Shown here one piece after another: positions 13,331 through 26,631 of a stretch of DNA of 64,000 nucleotides. The notes under the pieces are model-generated. The model ran no database searches. It was not told the DNA's origin and was given only the letters and a program-made list of their open reading frames with translations. This stretch comes from Chrysemys picta bellii (Eukaryota), in the NCBI RefSeq assembly GCF_011386835.1, contig NC_088815.1:14632001-14696000 (forward strand), in the 5' to 3' direction. Made by a program: the position numbers and the translations under genes. Every line of letters starts with the position of its first letter. Within the stretch, counting starts at the first letter, position 1.

Positions 13331-16300
13331 GCCTCCCATAGGTGGGGTGGGGGCATTTACAGAGCCTCAGGGCAGCCCCCTAGGTGGGTATAGGGCCCTA
13401 GCTTGCCCTCCTGTGTGGTCATGGGGCGTTCTCCGTATTGGGGCAGTTATGGAGCCCCAGGTCAGCTCTGTGGGTCGTGCAATTGTAGGGTTTCTATGTG
13501 GCCTCCCGTGGGTGGGGCCTGATAGTTATAACCTAAGGAGCCTCTGACCACTGCTAGTTTGTGTCTCTTCTTCAGATCAATCCTGATTTTTTTTTTTTTT
13601 ACTCTTCCTAAACTGAGCTTCCTGCAGCAAGGAGTTCCACAGACTGCTCCTGTGGTTCATTTAAAGAGCATTTTTTAAAAAGATACATGTTAAAATGTTT
13701 GAGTTTTTATTTCAGTGGACTGCCTTGCCCTCTTGCAGTGTATTAAATCCATCGCTGTCTGACTTGCTGCAGGTCTGTGGTTAGCAAGCAGAGCCTTCAC
13801 ATGTGAATTAAAACGAGAGGAAGGATTTGGTTAAAAGAATCTCATTGGGATTTTTTGCTACTGGTTTAACTTCACCAGTGAAGATATGACTTTATATTGT
13901 TGCAGCCCAGATTGAAGCAGGCACCTGGAAACTGGGATAAGATGTGCTAGTGCAAGGTTTGTTGCACTGGTGTAAACCCATGTCTATGCTAGGGGTTTGC
14001 ACCGGTGACTAAAACCCCAGTGTTGACAAGGCCTAAAAAAAACCCCACTTCTGGGCTTTGGTGTTTTGTGGGTATTTGGAAATATACAAAGGCAGCTGAT
14101 ATGAAGCGCCAGGATGTGCAAGAAAAGCTCTAGGCCAGAGATTGAGTGTCTGAAAAAGCATCTTTCCACCGAGATCCCCAGAGGTGTGAGTCAGGAAGTA
14201 AAAGGGATTTCATAGGAAATCCCAGACAGGATCAGACCCAGCATCCATCTAGTTCAGTATCCTGTCTGTGACAGTGGCCAGTATCTGATGCTTCAGAGAA
14301 AGATGTAAGAACTTCCCAGTAGCAGATGCAAGCCTGCCTTACATCTCATCTTGATCTCTAATCATTAGAGATTGGCTTAAATCCGGGGCATGAGGTTTAA
14401 TATCTCTTCCAAAATTTTCATTAGCATTAACTGTTATAACCCTGGATATCCTTGCTGTCCAGATAACTGTCCAATCCCCTTTTGAATCTCACATTCCAGT
14501 GCCCTACCATCCAAGGGTCTGTTCATCTGTGCTTAATAACAGTCACATAGTTGCTACTTCCTCTTTCTCTCCCCTCCTTGCCACAGCACATTGTGTGAGT
14601 CCCAACACAAAATGGCCTCACACCTGCAAGTCAGATGAGTAGTGGGTGTCCGTATCCTTTTTGGAACATGTAGCTGGCACGTGGCTACCACTTGTTTTGC
14701 AAAGCTCAGCATTTATCTACATCTATATTCAAGCTGTTTGGAAAGTTGGCTAACAGCAAACACTGCAGTAACTGAACACTCATAAATAAAACAAAAGCTG
14801 GAGCTGGGGAAGTAAAACTATTTGCCTTAAAAGGAACTTGTTTAAAAAAAATGTATTCAGTTCCAAAACATCAGCCAGCTCACGCTATGCACGGGCTCAG
14901 GACTAGCTGAGCCATAAACCAGTGTATTTAAATATGGCAAAAAATACCCACTACTTACTTTTTGCTGTGATTAAAAAAAAAAAAAATCTCCATCCACTAT
15001 TGAAAGGTTACTTCTGAAAACCTCTCTGGTCTTTGTGTTTCAGATAGCTATGATTGATAAGGGGCTGTAGGTGTATATGGGGCATTGCAAACCCACGAAG
15101 AGGAGGCACTCTCTTCCCCCCCAAAAGCTTGCAATCTAATTCACAGGCTATGGAGCTTATGAGCCAGAAGGCAGGACTAACGTCTCCCCTTTGTGTTTGA
15201 GGACAGGCATGCTGTCTGTGCTCAATAAATAAAACATTTTAAATCACAAGAAAGATGTTGTCAATGATTTGTATTGTGGTCATGTTTAGTGCCAAGACCA
15301 GGGCCCCATTGTGCCAGATGCTGTACAAACACATAGTGAGAGAGTGCTCCAGAAAGAGACAGATTCAGGGTGAGAAGGGCAGGGGGCCCCAGAGAGGGGA
15401 AGTGACTTGCCCAGGGTCCCACAGTGGGTCAGTGGCAGAGCTGGGAATAGACTTCAGGTCTCCTGAGCCCTGGTCCTGCCTCTCTAAAGAACATTGTGGG
15501 GATATCCATGGGGGAAGGTTTCCTAAAGGAATTGTGCTATTAGGAGGAAGAGGGAGGAGTTGGTTTGCGGATGGTGAGAAAGAGAGTGCAATAAAGGAGA
15601 GGAAGATTGGGAGAAGGATGGGGGAGATCACAGAGGTGGTGGGACAGTGTGATGCACAGCCTTCAGGATTGAGAGGTTGAAGGTGATGCAGCATGTTCAA
15701 GAAACAGCATTTAGTGGCTTTAGAAGCTGGTCATGGAGACATCAGCAGGGCTGGAAGGAAATTTGTTTACTTCCTGCCTCAAAGCAGTTTACTGGGTTTT
15801 AAAACCACTGTGCTGTAGCCCTCTAGGGTTTTTTTCTGGCAAGGCACTCTATGGCCCAGAGCCATGTCCATATGATAGGTTTGTCACACCGACTGCATGC
15901 TACTGTGTGTTCATGGCATACTCTGTTAGGATCCCCATGGGGGCTGTTGAGATGTAAGGAGCATGATGCATGGAACTGGGTGAGCAGCTGGAAAGGGAAC
16001 CTCAAACCCAAGGTCAGTCTAGATTTCTGTGTTGTCAGTACCCCCTCTCTGCCATCACTTCCCGGCCTTTCATGCACTCCGCACTGGAACAAGAGTTAAC
16101 TTTCCCCTTCAAGATTAATTTTAGGCTCTGCTAATCTGCTGGCTTGGCTAAGATGCCCAGAATCTGTTCAAAGATGTTACTGATCCCAGAAAAGCCAGTG
16201 GTCTTACAGGACTGCAGATGACCTCCCAGAATGATCTGTGGCTAGCAAACCCAGAAGGGCCCGCAGATTCCAGAGCCCCAGAGGGTACGGTAAACCCTGC

Positions 16301-16468
16301 TGCTGTGCTGTGAGTCTTGGGGGAAAGATTCTGAGCAGAAATCAGTGCTTAGCTTGATTTTGCTTTAATGTACCTGCTGATAGGCTAGACGTATCACAGG
16401 GGTTTGGAGCTTTGGCTTCTCTCCGTTTATTCCCATTTTAAATAATGCCGCTGTTTTGCTTATTTTAG

Positions 16469-16581
16469 TTACAGACAAATTCACAGAGAGCATGTACATC
16501 CTGGCCAACGAGCCGTCTGTGGCACTGTACCGACTGCAGGAGCATGTCAGGCGCTCCCTTCCGGAGCTAGCCCAGCACAAG
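16469..16581 (+). CDS. BORCS8: BORCS8 exon 2 (113 bp): VTDKFTESMYILANEPSVALYRLQEHVRRSLPELAQHK
   Basis: Acceptor ttattttag| and donor AAG|gtgaga. Near-identical to human BORCS8. Confidence 0.97.
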
Positions 16582-16719
16582 GTGAGAGCCAGTCTGGGTC
16601 AGGGGTCCAGGGCTGGCAGGAACAGGGTGCAAGCTGCCTTTCTCCCCATGACACTAGCACCCCTGGCCATTTTTTCCTGAGTCTCTGAGGCGGGAGAGAA
16701 CAGGATAATCAAGTCCAGG

Positions 16720-16935
16720 TGGGAGTACGGTTTAATGGTTAGAGGAAAGGGGTTGGGAGCCAGAGCTTCTGGGTTCTATCAGGTCTGCTACTGAATTGTT
16801 CTGTGACTTGGGAGAGTTGCTTTGCTGCTCTGTGCCTCAGTTTCTCCATCTGTAAAATTGAGATGGTACGACTGGCCTTCCAGGGCTGCTATGAAACTTA
16901 TCTAATTAATGTTTGTAAAGCACCTTGAGAACTTC
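16720..16935 (+). mobile_element. MIR-like CORE-SINE
   Basis: tRNA-like head followed by ctctgtgcctcagtttctccatctgtaaaat. Similar copies lie at about 3215-3310, 15320-15480, 20690-20860, 23930-24080, 35170-35280, 35800-35980, 36740-36850, 39640-39830, 46365-46560, 51480-51690, 55120-55330 and 58575-58720. Confidence 0.75.
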
Positions 16936-18639
16936 AGATGAAAGGATCCTCAGAAGGGCAAAGTAGTGTAACATAAGCTGCTTCAGATAGTTGCTGGCAG
17001 TAGTAGACCCAAAGTGACCAGAACCCCTTGGAAGATCCCAATTTTGGTTGACCGTAAAGCTCCAAGTTGCTGCTGGGTTCACTTTGGACTAAAGCAGAAC
17101 GAAAAGGACTTTGCAGCTGGCCAGGGACCTCTAGTGGCTGCACTTTGCACTGCCGGGGGAGCCTAGAGGACTGTGCTGAGTTTTGATTCCTTGCTCCCTG
17201 GACCAGGGAAGGCTGGGGGGTGTCTAGAGTGACTTGTTTCCCCCCACGTCAGCTTGACTCTAGGAGGCGTGAAATGCCTTTCCAAGTTCACGTCCTGAGA
17301 CAGCAGCAGAAGAACCCAGGAATCTGACTACCATCCCTTGGCTCTAACCACTGGGTGACAGCGCCCCCATTCCATACGTGGAGACAAAGGAAAATGAGCT
17401 ACCTGCCTTGTTTGGGGGAGGGGAGATGTTAAATCTCATTTCCCCTGGCTGTGCTGCAAGGTGTTTTTATTTCCTGCATAAAATATGGGGAGAGAAACAA
17501 GTAAAAAGAGCCCACCAGAGGCAAAGTTCACTAATGAATCGCAGCCCACAGCTGCGCTTCCCCTTTCCTCCGAAGCACGGAGTGCTGACACTTTAACGCT
17601 AGCCCTGGTGTCCTTCTCCCTTTCCTGCCAGTCATGATTCATTAGGAGTGATGCCTCATGAATAGATTACTGCTCCGTGTCTATGCTAATGCACTGTCAG
17701 TCCTCATTTCTCACCTTTGCTTTACAGCCTTAGTTTCCAAATTAACCCGGATTGTGGCACTTTATTATTCACTTATTTATTAACTATTTCTGTAGGTTTC
17801 TGTGTGAGAGCGGAGGTCTATAGAGATGTATACGTATGTGTAGTGCAACATTAATCTGGTCACATCACCAGGACGTGGGGGACAGGTTTGTAATACAATT
17901 CCCGAGCTGTCACTCACCTTGATGTAATCAGAATAGGCCCAATTTCAGGGAGTGTGTCCTGAACAAAAGAGAACTGAGCAGATTGTATGACAAGCCATGC
18001 AAAGGGAAGAGCTTGGGTGCCAGCATTGAACAGCTTGTGCCAAGGAAGGTAGGGGGACATGAAACCCTACTGGAAAAGACAGCAGGGTGAATGCATGAGA
18101 CACACAGCATGTAGTTAGGCAGTGTGGGGAGGGGGGTTGTTGAGGGGCAGCCTTCTCAATCTTTTATTTACTGACTTTCTCAGCTAGGCAGGGTCATCTT
18201 CATGAGTACTCTCAAACCTCAGTGCCGTCTCTGGAGGTTGCTTGAGTTCACATTGGTAGCTACTTGCCGTCCCTCCTAGTTTTAGCCAAGATAGCTGTCT
18301 TTTTTTCACTTTCCTTCCATGAAAAGAAGACTGTCATCTAGTCAGATTTCAGTGACCCAGAGGGTCTTGTCCCTATTTCTGCCCATGTCAGTGTCACAGC
18401 TATAAGCATTCATATGCAGGTATGGAGGCCTTTATCCCTCTCCTGCGTTGGCCACCAGTCCTGCCTCAGGAGTGACTTTTGCCTGAAAAGGGAGGAAAAT
18501 AATTTACCTAGTACCTCTGCGAAGACAGCAGATGAATGTCCGATTGCTCTGCTTGGTCCTCTGCTGGCCAGTATAGAATCAGCATGGTCAAAGGGAGCCT
18601 TCGTTGGCTAGATGTGGAGTGTGATGATGGTTCGGGGCT

Positions 18640-19172
18640 ATGGAACATGAGACGAGTTTAAAAAGGCTGGGCCTGTTCTGCTTAGAAAAGAGATGACTGA
18701 GGGGGGAGATGATAGAGGTCTATAAAATCAGGAGTGGTGCGGAGAAAGTGAATAGGGAAGTGTTATTTACCCCTTCTTGTAACATGAGAACTAAGGGTCA
18801 CCCGATGAAATTAATAGGCAGTAGGTTTAAAACAAAAGGAAGCACTTCTTCATACAACGCACAGCCTGTGGAACTCATTGCCGGGGATGTTGTGAAGGCC
18901 AAAAGTATAACAGGGTTCAGAAAAGCACTAGATAAGTTCAAGGAGGATAGGTCCGTCAATGGCTATTAGCCAAGATGGTCACTGACACAACCCCTGCTCT
19001 GGGTGTCCCTAAACCTCCAGCTGCCAGAATCTGGGACTGGATGATGGGATGGGTCACTCGATAATCGCCCTGTTCTGTTCATTCCCTCTGAAGCATCTGA
19101 AACTGGCCACTGTCAGAAGATTTGATACTGGGCTAGCTGGACCATTGATCGGACCCAGTCTGGCCGTCCTCA
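18640..19172 (+). mobile_element. CR1 LINE 3' fragment
   Basis: Degenerate ORF2 C-terminus (LGLFCLEKR...MIEVYKI...RTKGHPMKLIGSRFKT) followed by a CR1 3' UTR. Confidence 0.88.
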
Positions 19173-19183
19173 CATGTCTCATG

Positions 19184-19446
19184 GGGTATGTCTATACTGC
19201 AATCGGAGGTATGCTTGCAGCGAGCTTCAGTCTCGCTAGCTTGGGTACCAATAACAGCGAAGCCACAGCATCACGGGTTAGCCAGGGAGGATGTCTCCAG
19301 GCTCCCTGGTGGGCTTGTACTCAGGACGCTAGCCCATGCCGCTGCAGCTTCATTGCTATTGGTACCCAGACTGGCTAGATTAAAGCTAGCCTTGCTATGC
19401 CTTGGTGTGCTGCAGTCACACCTCCCTTTGCAGTGTAGACATACCC
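19184..19446. mobile_element. Palindromic MITE
   Basis: Termini GGGTATGTCTATACTGCA ... TGCAGTGTAGACATACCC. The internal halves are also inverted (gctagcttgggtaccaata / tattggtacccagactggctag). Confidence 0.8.
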
Positions 19447-21293
19447 ATAAAGGATAGTAGTGAGGATCCTTAGAGTATCTGGGGTGAGCTGTGGGGCTTG
19501 AGAGAACCCACTTCAGTTCCACCCTCCCCCAGATACCTCCTAAATCTTCTGTAGTCTTCATTCTGTATTGCAGATGAGTGTCAATAGCTCCAGAATCCTG
19601 TACACGGGATTCCTTCCCAGATGAGGCATGAGTCTCTAGGAATCGTGTGATGTCTGCATGCTCTCAGTTATTTCCACTTCTCTGCGTTGTTTGCGTCTTG
19701 ATGTCACTTGGATAATATAGTTCCCCCCACTAACTGGGCCTAATTCTGATTTTGCTCGCACCAGGATCATACCACTGACTTCAGGGGGCAGAATGGGACC
19801 TGTTGTCTTGGTTTCGTGCTTCTTCAGGTGTTTAAAATAGTTCCTGGGTTTCTGCCTGGTTGTTAATGGTGGAGTGAGGAGGAGAAAGATGGAAAGAGAA
19901 TTATTCATGGCAGCTGGGACTGTGCTGGCTGCAGAGGACAGTGAGTGTTCTCTCCCTGCATCTTCAACATTGCTTGCCCCTTCCCTCTGAGAACTAAAAC
20001 GGAACGGTTTATGATAAACAACACAACATTGTGTTCGCTAACGCACAGTCCTACTTGCTGGGGTGTAGTCCTGTGTAAACCCCCCCTCTTACCGAGCTCA
20101 CTGAAGGACGCTGTGTCCTGAGCGTTCTCTAATGCTACTCAGAACTACTTGTTTCTTCTGTTCTTGAGCTTGTTCGTGTTTTATTATTCAGTTTCCTGTG
20201 GTGCCGTTTCAAACGGGAAAGGGGCTTGGCTATTACCGCTGGGAACGCTTTCCATTAGGGCCGGGTGGATTCTTTCTCTGTCTCTGCTAGGGCCTGTTGA
20301 CTTTGTGGCAGTACAGAAGAATTTGCACTGGCTGAGGGCGTCAGGCAGGCTGTGCTCCAGGGAAGAGCTGTCCGGTTTTATCTCGCTCCAAACCACCTTG
20401 GCTTATTGACTTGGTTTTAATTCTTCCAAACTGTTTTTTAAAATCCATTGTTGAAAGGGTCCATTTCAAGTTAATTTAGGATCTATGAAAGGAAAAGGGG
20501 GTTGGGGAGAGTATATATGAATATTATTGTTTGCACAGTAGCATCCGGAGGCCCTGACCGAGGTCGGGACCTGTTGTGTTAGATACTGTATATACACATA
20601 GTATGAGAGCCCCCATCCTGCAGATCGTAAATAATGCCTAGCTATTCTGTAGCACTTTTTATCAGTAGATCATAATGCCCTTTACAACGGAGTAAGCATC
20701 GTTATCCTCATTTATAGAGAGATGAGGCAAAAATGAGTGGAAACTGAGGCACAGAGCAGGGAGGTGACTTGACCAAGGTCACACAGCAGGTCATTGGCAG
20801 AGCTGGGAATAGAACCCGGGTGTTCTGAGTCCCAGTCCAGTGGTCTATCTGCTGCACCATTCTCTCTCTCAATAAATATATTGATTGATTTATGTCGTTA
20901 CTTATATGAAAAGTCTTTTCTTTTGGCATTGCCCTGTGGTATTTGAAATCTACACACAAAAACCAGACAGTGAAATTCGCTAGAGACAAAAGTGAAACTG
21001 ACCAGGTGATTTTACTTTCCAAACTGACATGAAAAAAATAAATGCAACAGAAATGGTAGAAAGGAAATTAGACCTTAAAAACTATTTGTCTTCATCTAGC
21101 GAAGCATGTTCTCAGCAACCAGCATATAGAAACTTGGTAAACCATGGTTTGTGTCTTGAGTATGTCTTCTGGGTGACTTCGAGTGAGATCTCTGCTACAG
21201 CAGTGGTTTGTGTTTGTGAAGGATCCTCTCCTGTACAGAGAACTGACTGAAAAGTCCTGCTTCCTTCTCAGTTCCACACCATGTAGCAAAATA

Positions 21294-21510
21294 CAGGCGA
21301 GTCTCATCTTACGCGCATTTAACATGTGCAAATTCAGCTTTGCGCGGTCGGCAAAAACAAAAAAAAGAGAAAAATAACAATTTAAATACTGTACCTGTAG
21401 TGTGGGCGATTCTGCCTGCCATTACACTCAATGTAATTTTGACTATATGCGATTTTCGCTTTACGCGCTGACAGTGGAATGTAACCCCAGCGTAAGATGA
21501 GACTCGCCTG
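21294..21510. mobile_element. Tc1/mariner-type MITE (217 bp)
   Basis: Perfect 21-bp TIRs CAGGCGAGTCTCATCTTACGC with a TA target duplication (21292-21293, 21511-21512). Confidence 0.9.
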
Positions 21511-24253
21511 TATCCTGTTACAGACAGCAGGCTTTGAGCAGCATAAGTGACATTGACTATAGTCCAAATCCTTACCCCACGCTTCTGAAGCTCCCAATTC
21601 TCTAGGTTGTCTGTGCGTCTCCCATGAAGTAGACTGAGGAATTAGCTCCCAAAGGAAGCAGTGGAAGCCCCATCACTTGAATCTTTTAGAACTGATGGAC
21701 AAAATGTTAGGAAATCTACTGTAAGGGAAAATTCTGCACAGGTTCGGAGGTGGGTTAGATGGGACTTAATAGGCCTTGTCTGGTTACAGGTCATATGGTT
21801 CTCTGGAGATACAGCCTTAGAGATTCCCAGAGAGTTTAAATAGGAATAAACTGTTGGGGGTGATTTGGGAGGAAAGGTTGGTGCAGGGAGAAGGTCATCT
21901 CTGTGACTTTCATTGATTTGATTAAAAATAATCTTAAACCTTCATCCATCTCAAACTCTCCAGGCAGACTTAACACCTCACTGATAAGATACAGCGAGAT
22001 GCAGGACCCAGGGTGCCTCGCGGTGTCTGAGCTGCATTGCTAAGCTCTGCTTTTGCGCTGCACAAAGCCGCCTTTTGGATTTCCCCTGATCTTTCAGGGG
22101 TGTAGAACTCCTCGTTAATTTACTGCTGAGCGACCACAATTCATCATTTAGTGCTATTGCATACCATTAGCTGGCTTTAGCTATTAAACCCCATGCGAGA
22201 AGATGCCCTGGGAATTCTGAGAGAGGATGTTGTGAAAAGATTAAAAAGACAGGCACACAGCGGAAAGGCTTTTTCCTAATTAAGAACATGAAAGCTCCAG
22301 GAAGTGGCGAGAATGCTGGGAACAGGCGTCGGGGCCTGGCCTCAGATACAAGGCAACGTTGGAAATCTACTAGTGCTAGGGAACACGGGGGCCAAAGCAA
22401 AGCCGCTCTCTGGAGGGTTGTCGCTTTGTCATTTCCTCCATCCGTCCCCCAGCCTCTATCTCAGCCACTGTTTCAGCCCAGCCCAGCTCTGTCACCGTTT
22501 ACTCTTACTCTGTTGGCTCTCGCAAGTAACTAGAGCAGAGCTAAGCAGAGCAGTGTGGAGCCGGGTTAGTACTTGAACTGAAAATCTTAAAGGAGCAACT
22601 ACGTGCTGCAGAAACAGTGTTGGGGATTTTTTTACTGGGGTACTCTTCCCTTCGAGTCAGTAGTGAGCTTGTGTACCAGAGTGGTGCGAAGCAGCATGGT
22701 GCTGCCGGTTTGGGGTGAGAGCCATTGTGATCACTAGTGATCATTAACGATCCCCTGGCACTTTTTGCAGAGACAAGAGTTTGTTGGGTAACATTTTCAA
22801 CGGTGTCTAAATGACTTAGACACTTCTGTAAATTTTACATATTAAGCCTCCAAGTTCTGGCCAAATTTAAGCATGAATCATTTCCATCTTCCCTCTCTCA
22901 CTAAATTCATCTGCCTTTTCATTGTGATTTGCTTTTTTTACTTTCTGTTCTCAGCTGTTCCATGGTGTTGCTGTGTGCTGTTATGTCCCACACCAGAGTT
23001 GCTGCTTATCAGATGTGCAGGAAGTGATCCTATGCATCGTTTGTGTAGGCCTTGAGAGGAAAGGCACTATAGGAACGTGCATTATTATTATTAATAGTAT
23101 TAGTCATTACTTGTGCTCTGGCTCCAAGTGCACTGGGGTTTCTTAGCAGACTGGAGGATGGAAAAGTCTGTTTGCAAGCAGGCTGTAAAAACGTTCACCA
23201 GAACAGTTCCTATGAGATTCCTGAATTGTGAAAGAAGCTGATTGTCTAGGGGCCCTGGATTGGAGTTGATGGGAACCGACTCAGCTCTGATGGTAGCTGC
23301 AGCAGCTGGAATGGACGTACCACCTGTGTGGAATGCTTTGGAACTTCCAGATGATCAGTAGCATTCGCTTTAGCAGCTCATTGGTATGATCCTGCCTCAC
23401 CTTGGCTCTCAACTGTGTCATGGATGCATTCACGGCCAAGAGAAATTTTGCCAGATTGTGCAAAGTATTTAGCTCCAGGCAGCAGCTGCTTTTTAAAACA
23501 AAACCAGTGCACTCTTAGTCTGAGTACAGCTCTCGGAAAAAGCCCCCGAGGTGACGCTAGCCTTTAAAATGGGAGAGGGACTCATAATGTGATGGCCAGC
23601 AAAAAGCAGCAGATGCCAAAGGTTGAAGTGATGTGGGATTCATGTTCTTAATGTGCGCAGTGTTTACTGTAACCTCAGCTGTGAATTCGGCCTGCCTGCT
23701 GTCAGTTCCCAGCTATAAACAACGAGAACTTGAGGCTGTGTGAGGTAGGAGGACATGGGAGCCTACAAGGAAGGTGACATCTGGCTGTCGGATGTTGCAG
23801 GGGATGGCAGTGAATTAAATGCTGCTACACAGAATTTAAGATCTATGTGTGGTCTGTATCAATGGCTGAGCAGTGCGTTTCCAGTTGAGCCTCACTAATA
23901 ATATGTTCTTACCAGCTCTGTAGCACTTTACAAGGAAGGAAAACAGTATTTTACATATAGGGAAACTGAGGCCTAGAGAGGTAACATGACTTGCCCAAGA
24001 TCACTCAGCATGTCAGTAACACAGCTGGGAGCAGAACGGCCACCCTGCTACTCTAACCACTGAACTGCACTGTCTCCCTGCTAGACCATTTCTTCAGGTG
24101 TTCCATATGCTTATGTAGCATGTCAGAGAATGGGCTGCATTTGGTGCTAGTTGTGTGTGTGATGTGGGTGGTATATCTGTCTAGTACATAGGGCCGCCTT
24201 CACTTTTCCTGACAAGAAGTTTCATTCTGTGTTCCCCGTGATCTGCCTTTCAG

Positions 24254-24318
24254 GCTGACATGCAGAGCTGGGAGGAGCAGAGTCAAGGAGCCATCTATAC
24301 TGTGGAGTACGCCTGCAG
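24254..24318 (+). CDS. BORCS8: BORCS8 exon 3 (65 bp): ADMQSWEEQSQGAIYTVEYAC(S)
   Basis: Acceptor ctgcctttcag| and donor CAG|gtacag. Matches ADMQRWEEQSQGAIYTVEYACS. Confidence 0.96.
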
Positions 24319-24945
24319 GTACAGCAGGGTGCTGGGAGAGCTTTGAAGTTTGCAATTCTCTGGGGCAGCCGCCCTCCCTTTTTAAAACCTGTGGTAAATC
24401 AAAGGAGCTGGCAAGGAGGCTCAGTTTGTTCTCCCCTCCCCCCCCCCGCTGGTGATTTCACAGTACAGGTGTGTTTTCACCCCCATTGAAAGCACCGTTG
24501 AGCTCACGGTCGTGCCCAAGGTATTCCCTGCTCCTGATGGTTAGTGACGAGAAGCTGTGTTGGTTATTTTGGGGGTCAGTTGCTTGGACCGATGATTAAG
24601 CCTTTGAGGGGAGGGGAAGTATTTTAAGAAATAAACGTAGCTCCTATTTTCAAACCCGGCAGGTCAAAGCCAGGCACCTGCACACAGGTTCCTTCGATAA
24701 AGGGGGCCTGCCTTCCAGAGAGGGTGAGCACCCTCAACTCTTCCTGGCGTTAATGGGAGCTGTGGGTGCTCAGCACCTCTCCAAATCCAGCCACTAGTAT
24801 TTAGGAGCCTAATTATGGATTCACTCTAGGCACCTCGACTTGGACATTTTTGGCCTCTGATTTAAAATCCTGTCAACCCCAAACGCTTCCATTTATGGGT
24901 GTTGCTTGGCTGCTCTCACACACAAGATTCTGTAAGAGCTTCCTG

Positions 24946-24969
24946 CCCCCCCCCCCCCCCCCCCCCCCC
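24946..24969. repeat. Poly-C homopolymer (24 nt). A G20 run lies at 35440-35459 and a long C run near 57526.
   Basis: Read directly from the sequence. Confidence 0.9.
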
Positions 24970-25453
24970 ATTCCACCAGCACAAGGCACAGTTCATCCTT
25001 CCCAGGTGCCCACGGGAGCCATTCGCCCCACTGCAAAGTAAGTGTCATGCAGCAGAAATCAGAGTGGTGGCAGTTGGCACTCGCTTGGCACTGGTGTAGG
25101 TTCAGGGCAGTGATGAACTGAGCCCACAAGTGGCACTAACTAGCCCCATCTCAGCAGAGAGTCAGGCCTGAGGCATGTTGACAGCAGGCACGGCTCTCTG
25201 CAATGTTACTGTCAGGTCTAGTTCTTTTCATTGAGTCTGATGCACTCTTTCTTCCCCGGCCGTTGAGGGCAATACAGACCTGCCAGTCTCTCCCCTGAAA
25301 TCCACCCCTTAGCTAGTGTTTGAAGATGCAAAATGCCCAATGTAGCTGTAAATTGTCCATAGCCATCCCCTCGCCGGCGTGCATGTCTATTCTAAACCAG
25401 TGAAGCCCTCGAAGGTATTAACTGCATCCCCTGTTCCACCCGGTCTGTTTCAG

Positions 25454-25561
25454 CGCCATAAAGAACATGATGGACAGCAGCGTGTATTTTGAGAGCATCG
25501 ACAGGCTGCTCAAGCATGCCATCGCTGTGAAGGATCAGCTGAATTCCGCTCAGGGCCGCAG
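25454..25561 (+). CDS. BORCS8: BORCS8 exon 4 (108 bp): AIKNMMDSSVYFESIDRLLKHAIAVKDQLNSAQGR
   Basis: Acceptor tctgtttcag| and donor CAG|gtagct. Phase 2-2. Matches AVKNLVDSSVYFRSVEGLLKQAISIRDHMNASAQGH. Confidence 0.95.
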
Positions 25562-26588
25562 GTAGCTCGGGAGTCTGACACCCTGAATTCTGAGAACTGC
25601 CCTACTGCTTTATAGGAATGTTTGTTCTGTGACTGCTGAAGGCTTCACGGGCTGTAACAAGCCAAGCAGTTACACGCGTAATGTGACTCTGTGCTATTAT
25701 TTAAAGGAATAAGCTCCTTGCCTTGCAGTGAAACTCTGGTTCACTGTACTTTGGGAAGAAAAGCCTCTTGTTTACAATGTTTCCTGCAAAATAACTTCTT
25801 TCCCTACGTTTAAAGGGGGGGGGGCTTTTGGGTAACATGTAGCATTTTTGTGCAGTGTTAAACATATTTGTAGCATGGCGAGGGCCATAATAATAAATGA
25901 ATGTTTTAGTGCTGAGGAAAGGTGTGTCTGCTGAAGCAGGACTGTTCGCTAGGTCATTCGCGGGGCTCTGTGTGTGGATGGGATTTACGCTGGTCAGTGT
26001 AGCTGGACGATGCATTTTGCTGTTTGCAGCACAAGGAAAGCCACTCCAGCATCTGTCAATAGATGGGGTGAGTCTAGGATATTCAGTCCGTCGCCCCAAG
26101 AGCCGTAATGGCCTGAGTGTCAGGGGCATTGTGGGAACGAAACTCACAGATGCTGCTCCATAAACCTAACAGCCTTGAATTTCCTGTTGCGAGCACATGG
26201 CTAAAGGGGGCAAAATGCCTGGTTCTGTGCCAAGTGACTTTCTGTACTAGATGTTTGTGGCTACGAGTTCTCCTGTTTTGCCGTGTTGCCAACTTGCCTG
26301 GGGCTATACCTAATTTACACACAGTGGAACAAATTCCAACAGCTCTTGGAAGCGAAGCCACAGAGACTGTGGGTCTTGACATGCCAGGGGGCAGGTATAG
26401 GGGCCATGTAGCCTCCATTGGCTACCCCCCTGTATTAAAGATGGATATGTCCAATGGCCACACTTGCCCCTACGCTGCACATGGAGGGCTCCAGGCTTAG
26501 AGGCTGTATGTGAGGAAGCCCTGGTGCTTCACACTCCCATGGATACTGTTGTCCTTATCTCCTGGTGGATGTGATTGTTTTCTTACAG

Positions 26589-26631
26589 CGCCGCTGCCCT
26601 GCAAGCCCCGAATCCGCCAGCCAGTTCCTGA
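26589..26631 (+). CDS. BORCS8: BORCS8 last coding exon (43 coding bp): SAAALQAPNPPASS*. Total CDS 366 bp, 121 aa.
   Basis: Acceptor gtttttcttacag| in the required phase 2. It encodes a short Pro/Ser/Ala-rich tail ending in TGA at 26629-26631, like the human SPEEPPPPSSA tail. Sequence conservation is low, so the call rests on phase and composition. Confidence 0.78.

Noticed and set aside
12843-13547. 234 aa plus-strand ORF across the CpG island
   Set aside because: It is BORCS8 exon 1 read through into GC-rich flanks. Only 13137-13173 is supported.
17690-17800. Strong-looking branch point, pyrimidine tract and acceptor (tttacag| at 17726-17727) in BORCS8 intron 2, which would give an immediate stop
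   Set aside because: There is no convincing partner donor, and such decoy acceptors are common. It cannot be supported as a poison exon without RNA data.
24946-24969. Long C/G homopolymers as functional G-quadruplexes
   Set aside because: Homopolymer length is error-prone in assemblies and such runs are frequent in this GC-rich region.
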